Made by a program: the position numbers and the translations under genes. A DNA stretch of 64,000 nucleotides, from positions 64,001 to 128,000 of the IMG/VR virus record IMGVR_UViG_3300032893_000005; one strand, 5' to 3'. A model generated the notes under the pieces. It was not told the DNA's origin and did not search any database. It worked only from the letters and a program-made list of their open reading frames with translations. Source of the stretch: a virus. Of the stretch, positions 1 through 9,843 are shown piece after piece; positions within the stretch are counted from its first letter, which is position 1; each line of letters begins with the position of its first letter.

Positions 1-369
1 ACAATAAAGCCCGGCGTCTTCAAGGATGGACGGATTCTCTTTAAGCCACTTAGTGATCTCAAGGCCTGGATCGGCGATGTCTACGGCAGCACAGTCGGTC
101 ACAGTTTCTAAGTGCTTCGACTGCTTCGGAACCTTACTCTCGTCAAACACTCCGTCTAAGAACGGCTTCTGGTGGTTCGCAGCCTTTGCTCGGTAGATGT
201 CGAGGTGGTGCTCCCACGTCCTGACTCCGCTCGTGACAGTCATAGGCTTGTTCCAGGCCGTCCGAACCTTGTTGGCTCGATCGAGCAGGTCTTGCTCTTG
301 AGCCAGCTTGTCGGGGTCAAGCTCGCTAGCTTGTTTTTCATTTCCGATGATCTCTTGTAAACCTAGCAT
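1..369 (-). CDS. Peptidase M15-family (D-Ala-D-Ala/L-Ala-D-Glu peptidase) endolysin-like protein, 3' end outside window
   Basis: Not in ORF track. Hand translation from ATG at 369: MLGLQEII...NKVRTAWNKPMTVTSGVRT...QSKHLETVTDCAAVDIAD..., open to base 1. It has the M15A pattern VTSGxR...SxH...AVDI and a strong RBS AAAAGGAG upstream. Confidence 0.8.
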   Translation of the reverse strand, partial: MLGLQEIIGNEKQASELDPDKLAQEQDLLDRANKVRTAWNKPMTVTSGVRTWEHHLDIYRAKAANHQKPFLDGVFDESKVPKQSKHLETVTDCAAVDIADPGLEITKWLKENPSILEDAGLYC

Positions 370-436
370 TGTAGTTCTCCTTTTCGAGCTACATCTTAGC
401 ACACAGTCTCGGTTTGATACAAGGTTCACGAAAAAT

Positions 437-466
437 TTGCACTCCTGCGATGCGTCGCAGTAAGAT
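437..466 (+). promoter_or_regulatory. Sigma70-like promoter for the + arm with an operator-like palindrome in the spacer
   Basis: TTGCAC-N18-TAAGAT preceded by an A-tract; the spacer contains CTGCGA-tgcg-TCGCAG (445-460); lies in the divergent intergenic gap. Confidence 0.5.
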
Positions 467-472
467 CTAAGA

Positions 473-769
473 GTGGAGGTAATCATGGATAACCAAACCG
501 CTACTCAGATCGAATCGAAGCCGGGCATCATGTTGGCCGGTGAGTTTCCCCTTTCCCAGTCACCAACCGCCTACGTCATCAACCTTCACATGCGCAACAT
601 CATAGAGTGCTACGAGGTCGTCGAGAAGCGCCGCATACCTAAGAGCATCTACGAGCGCCACTTCGACAACTGGGTCGGCACGTTCGGCCTCGCGACCGTG
701 GAAGAAGCCCTTAATCTGATGGGCCGTGGCCTTGATGGTCGCAAGTTCAAGAAAGAGAAGGCTGCGTAA
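473..769 (+). CDS. Hypothetical protein (likely start ATG 485)
   Basis: GGAGG RBS, coupled to next ORF (TAATG). Confidence 0.7.
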   Translation: MEVIMDNQTATQIESKPGIMLAGEFPLSQSPTAYVINLHMRNIIECYEVVEKRRIPKSIYERHFDNWVGTFGLATVEEALNLMGRGLDGRKFKKEKAA

Positions 770-1155
770 TGGACGCAAACGAGGTCAGCAACATCTTAGG
801 GGTTAACGCAGGCGGTCTCAACATCAAGAAGATCCGCACGCTCGCTGGTCAGAACATCGAGTTCTTGACTGGGCGAAGGTTCTCGCTTGTCCAGTGGCTC
901 AAGAGCGTTGGTCGGCAGTACCCGTACCACGACGAGCCTCAAGACTACTACTGGGACTTCAGCCTAAGTCTGGGATACTACGAAGTTTATACGCCACGGT
1001 TCATGGAGTACGATGACTTCTACTACATGCTCGAGCTGGCTGTCACGACTACGACTAAGTACATGATCCTGTCTCGACACAGGGACTTCAGACATCCGAG
1101 GAAGGTCAGAGTTAGATACCAACAACCCAACTTCAAGTACGTGGAGGTACCATGA
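769..1155 (+). CDS. Hypothetical protein
   Basis: Translational coupling at both ends. Confidence 0.7.
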   Translation: MDANEVSNILGVNAGGLNIKKIRTLAGQNIEFLTGRRFSLVQWLKSVGRQYPYHDEPQDYYWDFSLSLGYYEVYTPRFMEYDDFYYMLELAVTTTTKYMILSRHRDFRHPRKVRVRYQQPNFKYVEVP

Positions 1156-1373
1156 AGACTAGAACGCCCGCAAATAATCGCAAGAACTTTCGTCGCGCCC
1201 GCGCAATCAAGCGCTTAGAGGCTCGACTTAAGCTCTCTGACTCGGAGATCTTTAAGATCGCCAAGTCGCTCAAGCCCGGAACAAACGACGGCATCGTCGA
1301 CTATCGTAAGAGGATGAACGACGAGCTGGAGCGTACGAAGAAGATTCAAATTACAAAGGGAGGAAACCTATGA
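1152..1373 (+). CDS. Small basic hypothetical protein
   Basis: ATGA overlaps, GGAGG RBS. Confidence 0.65.
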   Translation: MKTRTPANNRKNFRRARAIKRLEARLKLSDSEIFKIAKSLKPGTNDGIVDYRKRMNDELERTKKIQITKGGNL

Positions 1374-2077
1374 AAACAGTAACTTACCTATCACTTCTGA
1401 TCGCCATGATGATGCTGGCCGCTTGCGGTCGCATGGAGAGTACCGACTACGTGGCTGGACCACAGGGACCAACTGGTCCGCAAGGGCCTCAGGGACCTGC
1501 TGCACCCGCTCCGACGCCGAGCGCTATCCAGCAGATCGTCGACTCTGAGAACGCTTACCGCGCTACTCTGGGCGAAGCTCCGCTTACTCCGGGTCTATCG
1601 TGCCAGGTCGTTGCCGTAGCTTCCGGCACGTACCTGTCCAGCTCGAGTCCGGGATACACTGCCGCACAAGCGATCGTCACGACAGGACCGACGTACTCGT
1701 ACCTCTTGTCGACCTCGATCAACCAGGCTAACGTGGCGGGAACTGCAGGCAACAGCCTCATCGATCCTGAGATTCGTCCACTGTTCTTGAACAACAACTA
1801 CCGCATCGTGTGCACGGGCCAACTGGTAGTGGCAGAAGACGGATACTACGGGTTCTCAACGTCTTCTGACGACGGGTCGCTCCTGTACATCGACGGAACA
1901 CTGGTCGTAGACAACGACGGAGCCCACGGCATCCAGACCGTTTCAGGAACCAAGCTGCTCGAGGCTGCCGTCACGCACTCCTTCACCTTATACTACGCGG
2001 AGAGCGCTGGCGGTAACATAGCGATGGTCTTGAACATGGACGGTTCTGTCTTGACTGCAGACCACCTCTACCACTAA
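1370..2077 (+). CDS. Lipoprotein with short collagen-like repeat and C-terminal PA14 domain
   Basis: Lipobox LAAC; GPQGPTGPQGPQGP; PA14 signature GYYGFSTSSDDGSLLYIDGTLVVDNDGAHG. Confidence 0.85.
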   Translation: MKTVTYLSLLIAMMMLAACGRMESTDYVAGPQGPTGPQGPQGPAAPAPTPSAIQQIVDSENAYRATLGEAPLTPGLSCQVVAVASGTYLSSSSPGYTAAQAIVTTGPTYSYLLSTSINQANVAGTAGNSLIDPEIRPLFLNNNYRIVCTGQLVVAEDGYYGFSTSSDDGSLLYIDGTLVVDNDGAHGIQTVSGTKLLEAAVTHSFTLYYAESAGGNIAMVLNMDGSVLTADHLYH

Positions 2078-2087
2078 GATAAACTGT

Positions 2088-2110
2088 GGCCCCGCTTCGT
2101 CGGGGCTTTT
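2088..2110 (+). terminator. Rho-independent terminator
   Basis: GCCCCG-cttcgt-CGGGGC followed by TTTT just after the PA14 gene. Confidence 0.7.
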
Positions 2111-2130
2111 AATCTAGGAGGTACATTTTT

Positions 2131-2973
2131 ATGCAAGTTGATAAGTATGGACTCCCCATATCAGAGGGTGATGGCGGAGACTCCCTTCACCACTACTTCA
2201 CAGGCGAACTTCGACTTAGGCTTGCGATGAACCCTATCAAGTGGTCTCTGAAGGATCAAAGTCCTCAGTTGAAGAACGCCGTAGACGGCATCTCCAAGCT
2301 GTGCTCTACAGACGATGCCTTCAAGAACTTGGAAGTTCAGCCTGGCATATACATTCGCAATCCAGACCCAACTCAGTGGGTTTCCGATCCAAGAAACGTA
2401 TCGCGCGATCAGCTTACTGCCGTCATCGCGTTCTTATCTTACACGACCGACAAGGTTAGGCTATGGAACTTGCTCAAGGCCTGCCTGAAGCGCTACATGT
2501 TCGCGCAGAACATATACCCTAACTGGGTCGATCCGCGCACTCAAGCGGTAACGGCGAAGACTCCCGACTTCATCACGCCTGACTTATGGACTTTGTTTGC
2601 CAGAGGACTCCTCGGGGCATGGTCATGGCCGATCAACTTCTTCCTGGACCTCTTCATACTCCTGTCAGTGATCTTCAAGCTATGGGCACCTCTGTCAGTT
2701 GACGGAACCCTCACGTTTAGGTGGCCGGGGCCGGGCGATACCGATGATGACAACATGCACAACGTCTTGATGGTGTCGCAGTATCGATACCCGACCCCTC
2801 TGTCCTGGTTTGCTCGAAAACTGTTCAAGAAGTACCGTAAGCCAAACTTCGGTAACACCCAGATGGGAGAGAAGGACCCGATGATGGGCGCCCTCGTTTG
2901 GTACTACCGCGCAAGCATCGGCGAAGATCCTGAGTTCGCAGAGATTGCGCGACCGATCGTGGAGAGGTATTAG
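2131..2973 (+). CDS. Hypothetical protein with a hydrophobic (possible TM) segment
   Basis: 280 aa ORF, AGGAGG RBS, segment WPINFFLDLFILLSVIFKLW. Confidence 0.75.
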   Translation: MQVDKYGLPISEGDGGDSLHHYFTGELRLRLAMNPIKWSLKDQSPQLKNAVDGISKLCSTDDAFKNLEVQPGIYIRNPDPTQWVSDPRNVSRDQLTAVIAFLSYTTDKVRLWNLLKACLKRYMFAQNIYPNWVDPRTQAVTAKTPDFITPDLWTLFARGLLGAWSWPINFFLDLFILLSVIFKLWAPLSVDGTLTFRWPGPGDTDDDNMHNVLMVSQYRYPTPLSWFARKLFKKYRKPNFGNTQMGEKDPMMGALVWYYRASIGEDPEFAEIARPIVERY

Positions 2974-3438
2974 ATGTACCTTGAGCCTGCTTACTTAGCT
3001 GGAGTCCTTGACTCTGATGGTTCCATCTCCATAGTCAGGAGGAAGAAGCAGAAGACTATCAACGGCTTTCATTACAGAGCCGTGTTCCAGCTATCATGGA
3101 TCAAGAAAGATTTGACCATGGAAGTTTTGTCCGAGCTAGTTGTAAAATACGGAGGCAATCTTAATGAGATTGAAAGCAGGTGGAAGGGCCAGTTTCAATC
3201 TCATAACAGCGTCTTGAAGTATTCTCTTGAAGGTCACGGACTAGACCGCTTCTTGAGTGATGTACTTCCCTATGTTAAGTTGAAGAGAGAACAAGTATTC
3301 CTTGCTATAATGATGCGCACCAACAGGCGTGAGTGGCAGAGGATGAGGATCAGAACTAAGCCTGACTGGGCGTGGCAGAAGGAACACGACATCTATAAAA
3401 AATTTAAGGGGTTAAATACTAAAAATGGACACAATTAG
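2974..3438 (+). CDS. LAGLIDADG homing endonuclease (single motif, free-standing)
   Basis: N-terminal AYLAGVLDSDGSISI; FLxDVLPYVKLKREQ; AT-rich relative to neighbours. Confidence 0.85.
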   Translation: MYLEPAYLAGVLDSDGSISIVRRKKQKTINGFHYRAVFQLSWIKKDLTMEVLSELVVKYGGNLNEIESRWKGQFQSHNSVLKYSLEGHGLDRFLSDVLPYVKLKREQVFLAIMMRTNRREWQRMRIRTKPDWAWQKEHDIYKKFKGLNTKNGHN

Positions 3439-3715
3439 CATTTGTTTCGACGTGGACGGAACTTTGATTCATCAAGTAGGCGAGCGAGAAGATACGCCTA
3501 AGTACGAAAACATTGAACTCTTTCATCATTTCCAGCGTATTGGATGTGACATGTATATCTGGTCCGGAGGCGGCACAAGTTATGCTGAACGCTGGGCTGA
3601 GAAACTTGGTCTCAAAGCTAAAGTCGTTGCCAAGGGTAGCTTCAAGCCCGACATCGCTGTCGACGACATGGACGTAAACCTCGGCAAAGTAAACTTACGG
3701 GTGAGCGGTGGATAA
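3425..3715 (+). CDS. Minimal HAD-superfamily phosphatase
   Basis: Motif I FDVDGTL, motif II WSGGG, terminal PDIAVDD. Confidence 0.8.
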   Translation: MDTISICFDVDGTLIHQVGEREDTPKYENIELFHHFQRIGCDMYIWSGGGTSYAERWAEKLGLKAKVVAKGSFKPDIAVDDMDVNLGKVNLRVSGG

Positions 3716-5663
3716 CTTATCAACTGAGATCATAAAAGTTCAAAACCAGACCTTCTCGTTCAACCAGAAGTATCCGTTCCAGGTCGGCGAGCGAGAGAAG
3801 TTCACTGCCTTCGGTAACAAGAAGCGCTTGGTCATCATGTTCAGGGAGCCTTGGTACGTTCTTCCTAACGGCCAGTGGTACACCAGGACTGACGCATCAG
3901 GATTCTCGATAAGCAAGTCTAGGGTCAAGTCGGACGGCGCTGCGCTCAGTCAGCGCCTGATGCGCCACTCTGCAGAAGTCACGGGCGTATGCTTCGCGGT
4001 AGGCTGTGGCGTGCTCATGCGCGTCGGGAATGCCCATCACCCAGACGGCATCACGCAGAACTGGTGGGACCAAGATCCGTTCTCCCTCAAGTTCTGGAAC
4101 GAAGCATCACGCCGGAACATGGGCGAGGCCATCGAAGTACAGTTCAACCTCGGCGAGAGGAAGATCTGGGTCAAGAACCCGCTAGAGATCGAGCACTTCA
4201 TCTCCCGCAAGGAGAAGGGCGACAGCGACATCCAGCAACTCCTGGTTGAGTGGGGTATGTGGGCCGGGATGTGTGATTCGCAGCCCCAGTACGGCTCGTA
4301 CCGTAGAGAAGATGCCATATCTTACTCTGGCCTGTCTCGTCAGTTAGCTGGAGAAGCTCCAGCCGAGGACTCTGTTGTCAAGAACGACATGCGAATCTTG
4401 CACGTCATAAAGAAGGTCTTCTACCCCGGCGTCTCGCAGGTTCAGGGTAAGGCCGAGCACGGCGAGTGGGGAGCACAGGCTCTTCGCTACGTGGCTGACG
4501 TCTCAGACCTAAGGAAGCGGACCCTCTACAAGATCGCCAGCATTGGTTCCCTAGTCGAGAAGATAACTGGACGTCGTCCTAAGACGCTCGTAAATGCCTT
4601 CGGCGAGAATCTTCACACTGTCCTTGGTGACCCAGCCAGCAGTTACTCCTACGGGAGCCATAAGTCGGGCGTAATCGTCTACATCGATCAGTGGATCAAG
4701 CTCGCCAAAGATCTCATGGACGCCGAAGTACCAATGGAGTACATAGTCCAGATGATCCCATATTTCAAGACTTCGGTCAGCCGCGACGACATAGACTTCC
4801 GTGCGTTCTTCGTGGACATCGTCAAGGAGTTCGGACACGTCAAGGTTCTGGGATGGCTCGAGAGAGATCCCAGCTTGGAAGCTAATACTGTGCCTGCAGA
4901 CGGCGCTGCTGCCCTGGCGCAGGCCCTCGAAGCTGGCGTCTACGGAGGAAGATCCTCTACGCCGCTAGATCACTTAGTCGAAGCCTGTCGCATCTTAAGG
5001 GAGTCTCGCGACAAGCTGACCAAGGCTACTCCGCGACAGCTCAAGGTGTTTCCGAACGGCGTTCAGGCTAGGAGGTACTACAAGACGGCCAAGGAGTTCC
5101 ACGACGACGTGTCCAAGCAGGCTGGTCGGTTCGACGAGCTTGGTCAGTCCATCGTCATCAAGTGGGACGACCGCTGGAAGCACTTGCATGGTATCAGGGC
5201 GGGCGAACTGAGGCTCCTCCTCCCGCGCAGCACTGGAACGGTCACTCGCTGGGGTAAGATGCAGGGGCACTGCATCTCGTCTTACTCTCGAGGGATGCTG
5301 CCTAAGCGCGGCGCTGGAACTAGCATGCCCGCTGGGTACGGAGACTCAAGCCCCGACAAGGAGCGCACCATCCTCGGCGGTGTGTTCAAGGGAACTGAGC
5401 TTCTGTACTGCCTTCGCATAGAGCCTGGACAGCATCCACCCATCAAGCTATCGCGATCGCACGAAGCCCTAGGTGCGGACCCTGACGTAACCGCAAGGGA
5501 AGTTCTCGAAACGAGGCAGGACTTAGACTGGAGTCTCGAAGAGTTACGAGGGAAGCAGAACTGTAACCCGGAAAAGTTGCACGCCCAGCTCATATGTAGT
5601 ATGCTTGAGAAAGCTGGAGTTTACGCCGAGAAGTGGCGTGGATATAACAAACTGGAGGAGTAG
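3708..5663 (+). CDS. PcfJ-like domain protein
   Basis: C-terminal HDD...LLLP...WGKMQGHCISSY...ELRGKQN pattern typical of PcfJ domains. Confidence 0.7.
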   Translation: MDNLSTEIIKVQNQTFSFNQKYPFQVGEREKFTAFGNKKRLVIMFREPWYVLPNGQWYTRTDASGFSISKSRVKSDGAALSQRLMRHSAEVTGVCFAVGCGVLMRVGNAHHPDGITQNWWDQDPFSLKFWNEASRRNMGEAIEVQFNLGERKIWVKNPLEIEHFISRKEKGDSDIQQLLVEWGMWAGMCDSQPQYGSYRREDAISYSGLSRQLAGEAPAEDSVVKNDMRILHVIKKVFYPGVSQVQGKAEHGEWGAQALRYVADVSDLRKRTLYKIASIGSLVEKITGRRPKTLVNAFGENLHTVLGDPASSYSYGSHKSGVIVYIDQWIKLAKDLMDAEVPMEYIVQMIPYFKTSVSRDDIDFRAFFVDIVKEFGHVKVLGWLERDPSLEANTVPADGAAALAQALEAGVYGGRSSTPLDHLVEACRILRESRDKLTKATPRQLKVFPNGVQARRYYKTAKEFHDDVSKQAGRFDELGQSIVIKWDDRWKHLHGIRAGELRLLLPRSTGTVTRWGKMQGHCISSYSRGMLPKRGAGTSMPAGYGDSSPDKERTILGGVFKGTELLYCLRIEPGQHPPIKLSRSHEALGADPDVTAREVLETRQDLDWSLEELRGKQNCNPEKLHAQLICSMLEKAGVYAEKWRGYNKLEE

Positions 5664-6183
5664 CTTGGAAAAGATCGTTTTAACATCGCATATGTTGCTC
5701 TCAGGAGATGGCGGAGACGATGGCAGACGCCGTCGTCGTTCCCGCCCGAATCCGTACGACATCCACTACAATCAGGACCTTTACCCGAACCATGCTCGAC
5801 TTCTCCAGAACCGCTACAAGCACGTAAGAGAGCGCCTGTTCAAACGCGTAGGCGTGCAGGCTGGCATCGGCACCTACCTCAAGCTCACTGAGATGTGTGG
5901 CCGGTCGTTCGCCGAGCTTATCCGCCGAGACGAGAACTTCCGGTGGGCTCCGAACCGCGATTACCACCTTGGCTACAAGCGCAATCCGAAGTACCTCATG
6001 CGTGCCAAGGTTTGGGGAGAAGAAATCTTCTTGATCTACGACGCCTACGACATGATGGTCCTGACGGTGTTCGCCGACAGCGACGAGAACTTCCAAGACA
6101 GCTTCAACATCCACCCGGACACAGTTGAGACCCAGATCATCATCGACATGGACAAGCTCTACCCAAGGACAGGCAATGGCTAA
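5605..6183 (+). CDS. Hypothetical protein, possible RelE/DUF4258-like fold (true start likely near 5665-5692)
   Basis: HVRERLFKR helix and terminal FLIYD...VLTVF strands. Confidence 0.4.
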   Translation: MRKLEFTPRSGVDITNWRSSLEKIVLTSHMLLSGDGGDDGRRRRRSRPNPYDIHYNQDLYPNHARLLQNRYKHVRERLFKRVGVQAGIGTYLKLTEMCGRSFAELIRRDENFRWAPNRDYHLGYKRNPKYLMRAKVWGEEIFLIYDAYDMMVLTVFADSDENFQDSFNIHPDTVETQIIIDMDKLYPRTGNG

Positions 6184-6406
6184 GGGTATACTTTCCTTCA
6201 ACCTTCCAGAAGAAGAGAGTGAGTTCAAGACTGCCCAACAAGGCGGCGACTGCAAGTGTGCCCTGGAGTCGATCGCGAACGACATCTTCCGTAAGCGTCT
6301 GAAGTACGGAGAGTTCCCGGAAGACCAGCGTAAGCTGATACAGGAGATGAGCGATGAGTTCTGGGAGACTTTGAGACAGTATGGAATAGACCCGTATGAA
6401 CCTTAA
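6176..6406 (+). CDS. Conserved small phage protein
   Basis: Starts MAKGILSFNLPEEESEF, a frequent phage hypothetical N-terminus. Confidence 0.65.
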   Translation: MAKGILSFNLPEEESEFKTAQQGGDCKCALESIANDIFRKRLKYGEFPEDQRKLIQEMSDEFWETLRQYGIDPYEP

Positions 6407-6652
6407 GTTCGAGACAGACGACTACGAGACCGCCCATGCCCTGTGGAACACGATGTACCATAACTTTGGTCGCATCGGTCCGTTCAAGTGCGATGGTATG
6501 GCAGTCAGTCAGCAGCATAAGAAGATAGACATCTTCGCGCTCGAGCCTTCTGAGATCGTACCTCGGAAGTACCAGGTAGAGATCCACAACTTTCGATACA
6601 GTCCGATTACGTGGACTGAGCGTAAAAATAGGTTTAAGAAAAGGATGAAGAG

Positions 6653-7501
6653 ATGGATGTCGAAATTGCTTCGCTGACGTACCCAGGCTTCTCGAAGAAG
6701 TTCGTCGATAGCTTGAAGAACACCGGCTTCGCGGTCGTAACTGGTCATGAGATAGACCCGAGACAGCTCTCAGATGCGTACAAGCTCTGGGGCAAGTTCT
6801 TCGACCAGCCGCTCAAGAAGAAGATGGCGCTCCTTTACTCGAAGGAGACCCATGGCGGCTACTTCCCGATGAAGTCGGAGAAGGCAAAGGATGCGAAGGT
6901 CGGTGACCTGAAGGAGTTCTACCACTGGTATGACCACTTGGAGCATGGCGAGGATGACCTTAACTGCTCAACCTGGTCACTCCGATACGACTTGCTCAGT
7001 CTTGCCACGAACCTCTTAAACAAGATCGAGGATGAGCTGCGCCTGCGCAACGTGAAGATGAACTCGACTGAGGATCTCAGCAACATGATCTACGGAAGCA
7101 GGCAGACTCTGTTCAGGATCATACACTATCCACCGATCAAGGATGTCGAAGTCGAAGAAGGCGCTACTCGCGCTGCGGCTCACGAAGACATCAACCTGCT
7201 TACACTGCTTCCTGCTGCGACAAACTCGGGCTTGCAGGTTAAGGATTCGATGGGCGTCTGGCACGACATCCACGCAAACCCGGACATGATCATCGTGAAC
7301 GTCGGTGACATGCTGCAAGAGGTTACCGGCGGTTACCTCAAGAGCACGACCCACCGCGTGGTGGTCGACGTCAACTCGACCGCCGAGAGCCGATACTCTA
7401 TGCCCCTGTTCTTACATCCGCGCCCGGAAGTTCGCCTGAGCGATCGCTACACGGCCAAGGAGTACTTGGCTGAGCGCCTTAAGCAGTTAGGACTCGCCTG
7501 A
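6653..7501 (+). CDS. Isopenicillin-N-synthase-family 2OG-Fe(II) dioxygenase
   Basis: TGFAVV..H, DLKEFY, HYPP, HxD (HEDINLLTLL), VNVGDML, distal His (STTHRV), RxS (RYSMPLFLHP). Confidence 0.92.
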   Translation: MDVEIASLTYPGFSKKFVDSLKNTGFAVVTGHEIDPRQLSDAYKLWGKFFDQPLKKKMALLYSKETHGGYFPMKSEKAKDAKVGDLKEFYHWYDHLEHGEDDLNCSTWSLRYDLLSLATNLLNKIEDELRLRNVKMNSTEDLSNMIYGSRQTLFRIIHYPPIKDVEVEEGATRAAAHEDINLLTLLPAATNSGLQVKDSMGVWHDIHANPDMIIVNVGDMLQEVTGGYLKSTTHRVVVDVNSTAESRYSMPLFLHPRPEVRLSDRYTAKEYLAERLKQLGLA

Positions 7502-8571
7502 TGCGTACGTTGATCAAGGTCAAGTTTGGCTCTCACCTATATGGTACCAGTACGCCGGAGTCCGACCTGGACTTCAAGTCTGTGTTTGTTCCATCAGGCC
7601 GCGACATCTTACTCGGCAGATACCCTAAGACCAGCATCAACGAGTCGACCAAGAAGGACAACGACGTCAAGAACACGTCTTCTGACGTCGACAGCGAGGA
7701 CTTCTCCCTGAACGGGTTCATCCGGCTCTTATCTGAAGGTCAGACGGCAGCCTTGGAGATCCTGTTTGCTCCTGACGACATGATCGTCGAGATGGACCGT
7801 GAGTGGGCACTCTTTCGCGACAACGCTCATAGGCTAGTCCACAAAGACGTGACCGCGTTCTTCGGGTATGCTCGCCAGCAGGCCGCGAAGTACGGCCTAA
7901 AGGGGTCCAGGATCAGCGCTATCCGTCGCGTGATGGAGTACCTTGACCAGTTCAGCGAAGATACTAAGCTGCAAGTACTGTACGACGCTGAGAGCGTAGT
8001 TCCACGGGACAAAGGCCTAAGGTCTTTCGTAGAGAAGAACTCAGACTTGAAGCTCGACGAGAGCGAACCGTTGATAAAGTTCACGACGAACAACTACGTT
8101 CGCAACGGTCAGCAGTGCGAAGAGACGTACTTCGAAGTTTGTAACCGCAAGATCCCGCTCCACAACAACGTCAAGCATACGAAGCAGGTCTTCCAGCGCG
8201 TCTGGGACGAATACGGCAAGCGTGCACGTCAGGCTGAGACCAACGAAGGAGTCGACTGGAAGGCCTTGTCACATGCCGTCCGTGTTGGGAAGCAAGCTTT
8301 AGAGCTTCTGACTACCGGTAGAATCACGTTACCACGCCCGGAAGCCGCAACTCTCCTTGCGATCAAGAAAGGTGAGCTTCCTTACAAGGAAGTTGCCAGC
8401 CTAATCGAAAGCTTGCTTGAGGAACTCAAGATCGTTCAGAAGGAGTCTACGCTTCCAGCCAAGTTTGACTCTGCGCTGGGCGAAGACCTTCTACTTCACT
8501 TCTACGAGATGGCCGTCTTGGACGCCGGTGAAGCCGACCAGCTTGCAAACATGAGGAACGTGTACCCGTGA
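7501..8571 (+). CDS. Phage nucleotidyltransferase (Pol-beta superfamily)
   Basis: FGSHLYGTSTPESDLD motif; GYARQQAAKYGLKGSR; DWKALSHAVR. Confidence 0.88.
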   Translation: MRTLIKVKFGSHLYGTSTPESDLDFKSVFVPSGRDILLGRYPKTSINESTKKDNDVKNTSSDVDSEDFSLNGFIRLLSEGQTAALEILFAPDDMIVEMDREWALFRDNAHRLVHKDVTAFFGYARQQAAKYGLKGSRISAIRRVMEYLDQFSEDTKLQVLYDAESVVPRDKGLRSFVEKNSDLKLDESEPLIKFTTNNYVRNGQQCEETYFEVCNRKIPLHNNVKHTKQVFQRVWDEYGKRARQAETNEGVDWKALSHAVRVGKQALELLTTGRITLPRPEAATLLAIKKGELPYKEVASLIESLLEELKIVQKESTLPAKFDSALGEDLLLHFYEMAVLDAGEADQLANMRNVYP

Positions 8572-8723
8572 CCAAAGACGACGTCCGTTTTCTAATCTTG
8601 ATGATGGCGCTCGCGTTTGCGATCATGATGGTCGCTTGCACCAAGAAGACGACTAAGGTCGATGACTTTGGCATGTGCATGATCCCGCACACAGACGTGA
8701 AGCCGCCTGAGGAGATGATGTGA
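8568..8723 (+). CDS. Small lipoprotein (51 aa, not in ORF track)
   Basis: GTG start overlapping upstream stop; MTKDDVRFLILMMALAFAIMMVAC lipobox; fills the gap exactly. Confidence 0.7.
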   Translation: MTKDDVRFLILMMALAFAIMMVACTKKTTKVDDFGMCMIPHTDVKPPEEMM

Positions 8724-9313
8724 AGTACGTGATTTTTCTTGATATTGATGGTGTCCTTAACAGTCGCGGGTACTTCTACACCGACCTCAAGTACCGCGAG
8801 TACGAGAAGGCGATGCCGGACATGGCGCACCGCGTTGACACCAAGCGGTTCATGCGACTTAACCTGGACCCGTCTGCCGTCAGGAACCTAAGGTTCCTCC
8901 TTGAGAAGTTACCAGAAGACAAGGAGATCTGGATCTCCTCTAGCTGGGGAATGGCGTTCTCTCTGGCCGAGATCAAGTCTGCCTTGAAAGTTCGCGGCCT
9001 CGGAGAGTTCGTCAAGTACGTGAGAGACGTTACCCCGCGCAAGATGTCATCGTGGAGGTGTAACGAGATCGGGTGGGCTCTGGAAGAGGTCGCCGAGACG
9101 TACAAGGGACCTGTACGGTGGGTATCGATCGACGATAACCCGCCGCTCCCGCAGAACTACCTTGAAACCGTCATCTACCGCAACAAGATGTTCAAGGTCG
9201 AGTACAACCCCGAGTTCACGACTAGCAAGCAGAACGGCTTGACCTATACTGATACGCTCGATATACTGACCATGCTTGTTCCAGGATTCAAACCTAAGAT
9301 GGAGCCGTTATGA
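8720..9313 (+). CDS. HAD domain protein (Swiss-army-knife RNA-repair-like)
   Basis: IFLDIDGVLN, ISSSW, RCNEI, VSIDD, GLT. Confidence 0.85.
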   Translation: MKYVIFLDIDGVLNSRGYFYTDLKYREYEKAMPDMAHRVDTKRFMRLNLDPSAVRNLRFLLEKLPEDKEIWISSSWGMAFSLAEIKSALKVRGLGEFVKYVRDVTPRKMSSWRCNEIGWALEEVAETYKGPVRWVSIDDNPPLPQNYLETVIYRNKMFKVEYNPEFTTSKQNGLTYTDTLDILTMLVPGFKPKMEPL

Positions 9314-9564
9314 AGTACATCACTGCCTCAGAGCTTAACAAGGTTGAGCAGAAGCTGATCGATGACCCAGTAGAAGCGCTTGCCGTCGTTCGCATGGCGA
9401 AGGTCCGCTTCGGGTTCTGCAACACGTTCCTCGACTTCACGAGCGAGAAGATCGCGACTACTTCGTTTGACTTCCTGAAGTCCCTCGGCTTCAAGGTTCG
9501 CTACTACGCCGAAGGCGGTAAGAAGGCGTACCGGGCAACAAAGACGTTAGAAGTTCAGTGGTAA
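9310..9564 (+). CDS. Small hypothetical protein (paralogous family with 18161 and 21179)
   Basis: ITASE...LKSLGFKV...LEVQW. Confidence 0.65.
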   Translation: MKYITASELNKVEQKLIDDPVEALAVVRMAKVRFGFCNTFLDFTSEKIATTSFDFLKSLGFKVRYYAEGGKKAYRATKTLEVQW

Positions 9565-9843
9565 GGAGAATCATATGAAGCGCGGTTACGAGATTGGATC
9601 TGGCCGGGTGATCTACCAGATTACTCGCACGAAGACTGAAGACGGTAAGCTCATCATCACTGAGATGCCTGTGTTTCGCGGCAGCCCCGAGAAGCAGGCA
9701 CGCGGCATGATGAAGGCTCATACGCCCGCCGGTGCGCTGGCGATCGTCGACAAGCTCTTGTCGAAGGACACGTTCTGGCTCAACGTCCGAAACTACATCA
9801 TGAACCGAATCAAGGAAGCTGGCGAGAAGAAGGTATCGAATAA

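Noticed and set aside
2974-3438. Group I intron hosting the LAGLIDADG ORF
   Set aside because: The ORF directly abuts a complete upstream gene and overlaps a complete HAD gene, leaving no non-coding space for a ribozyme core.
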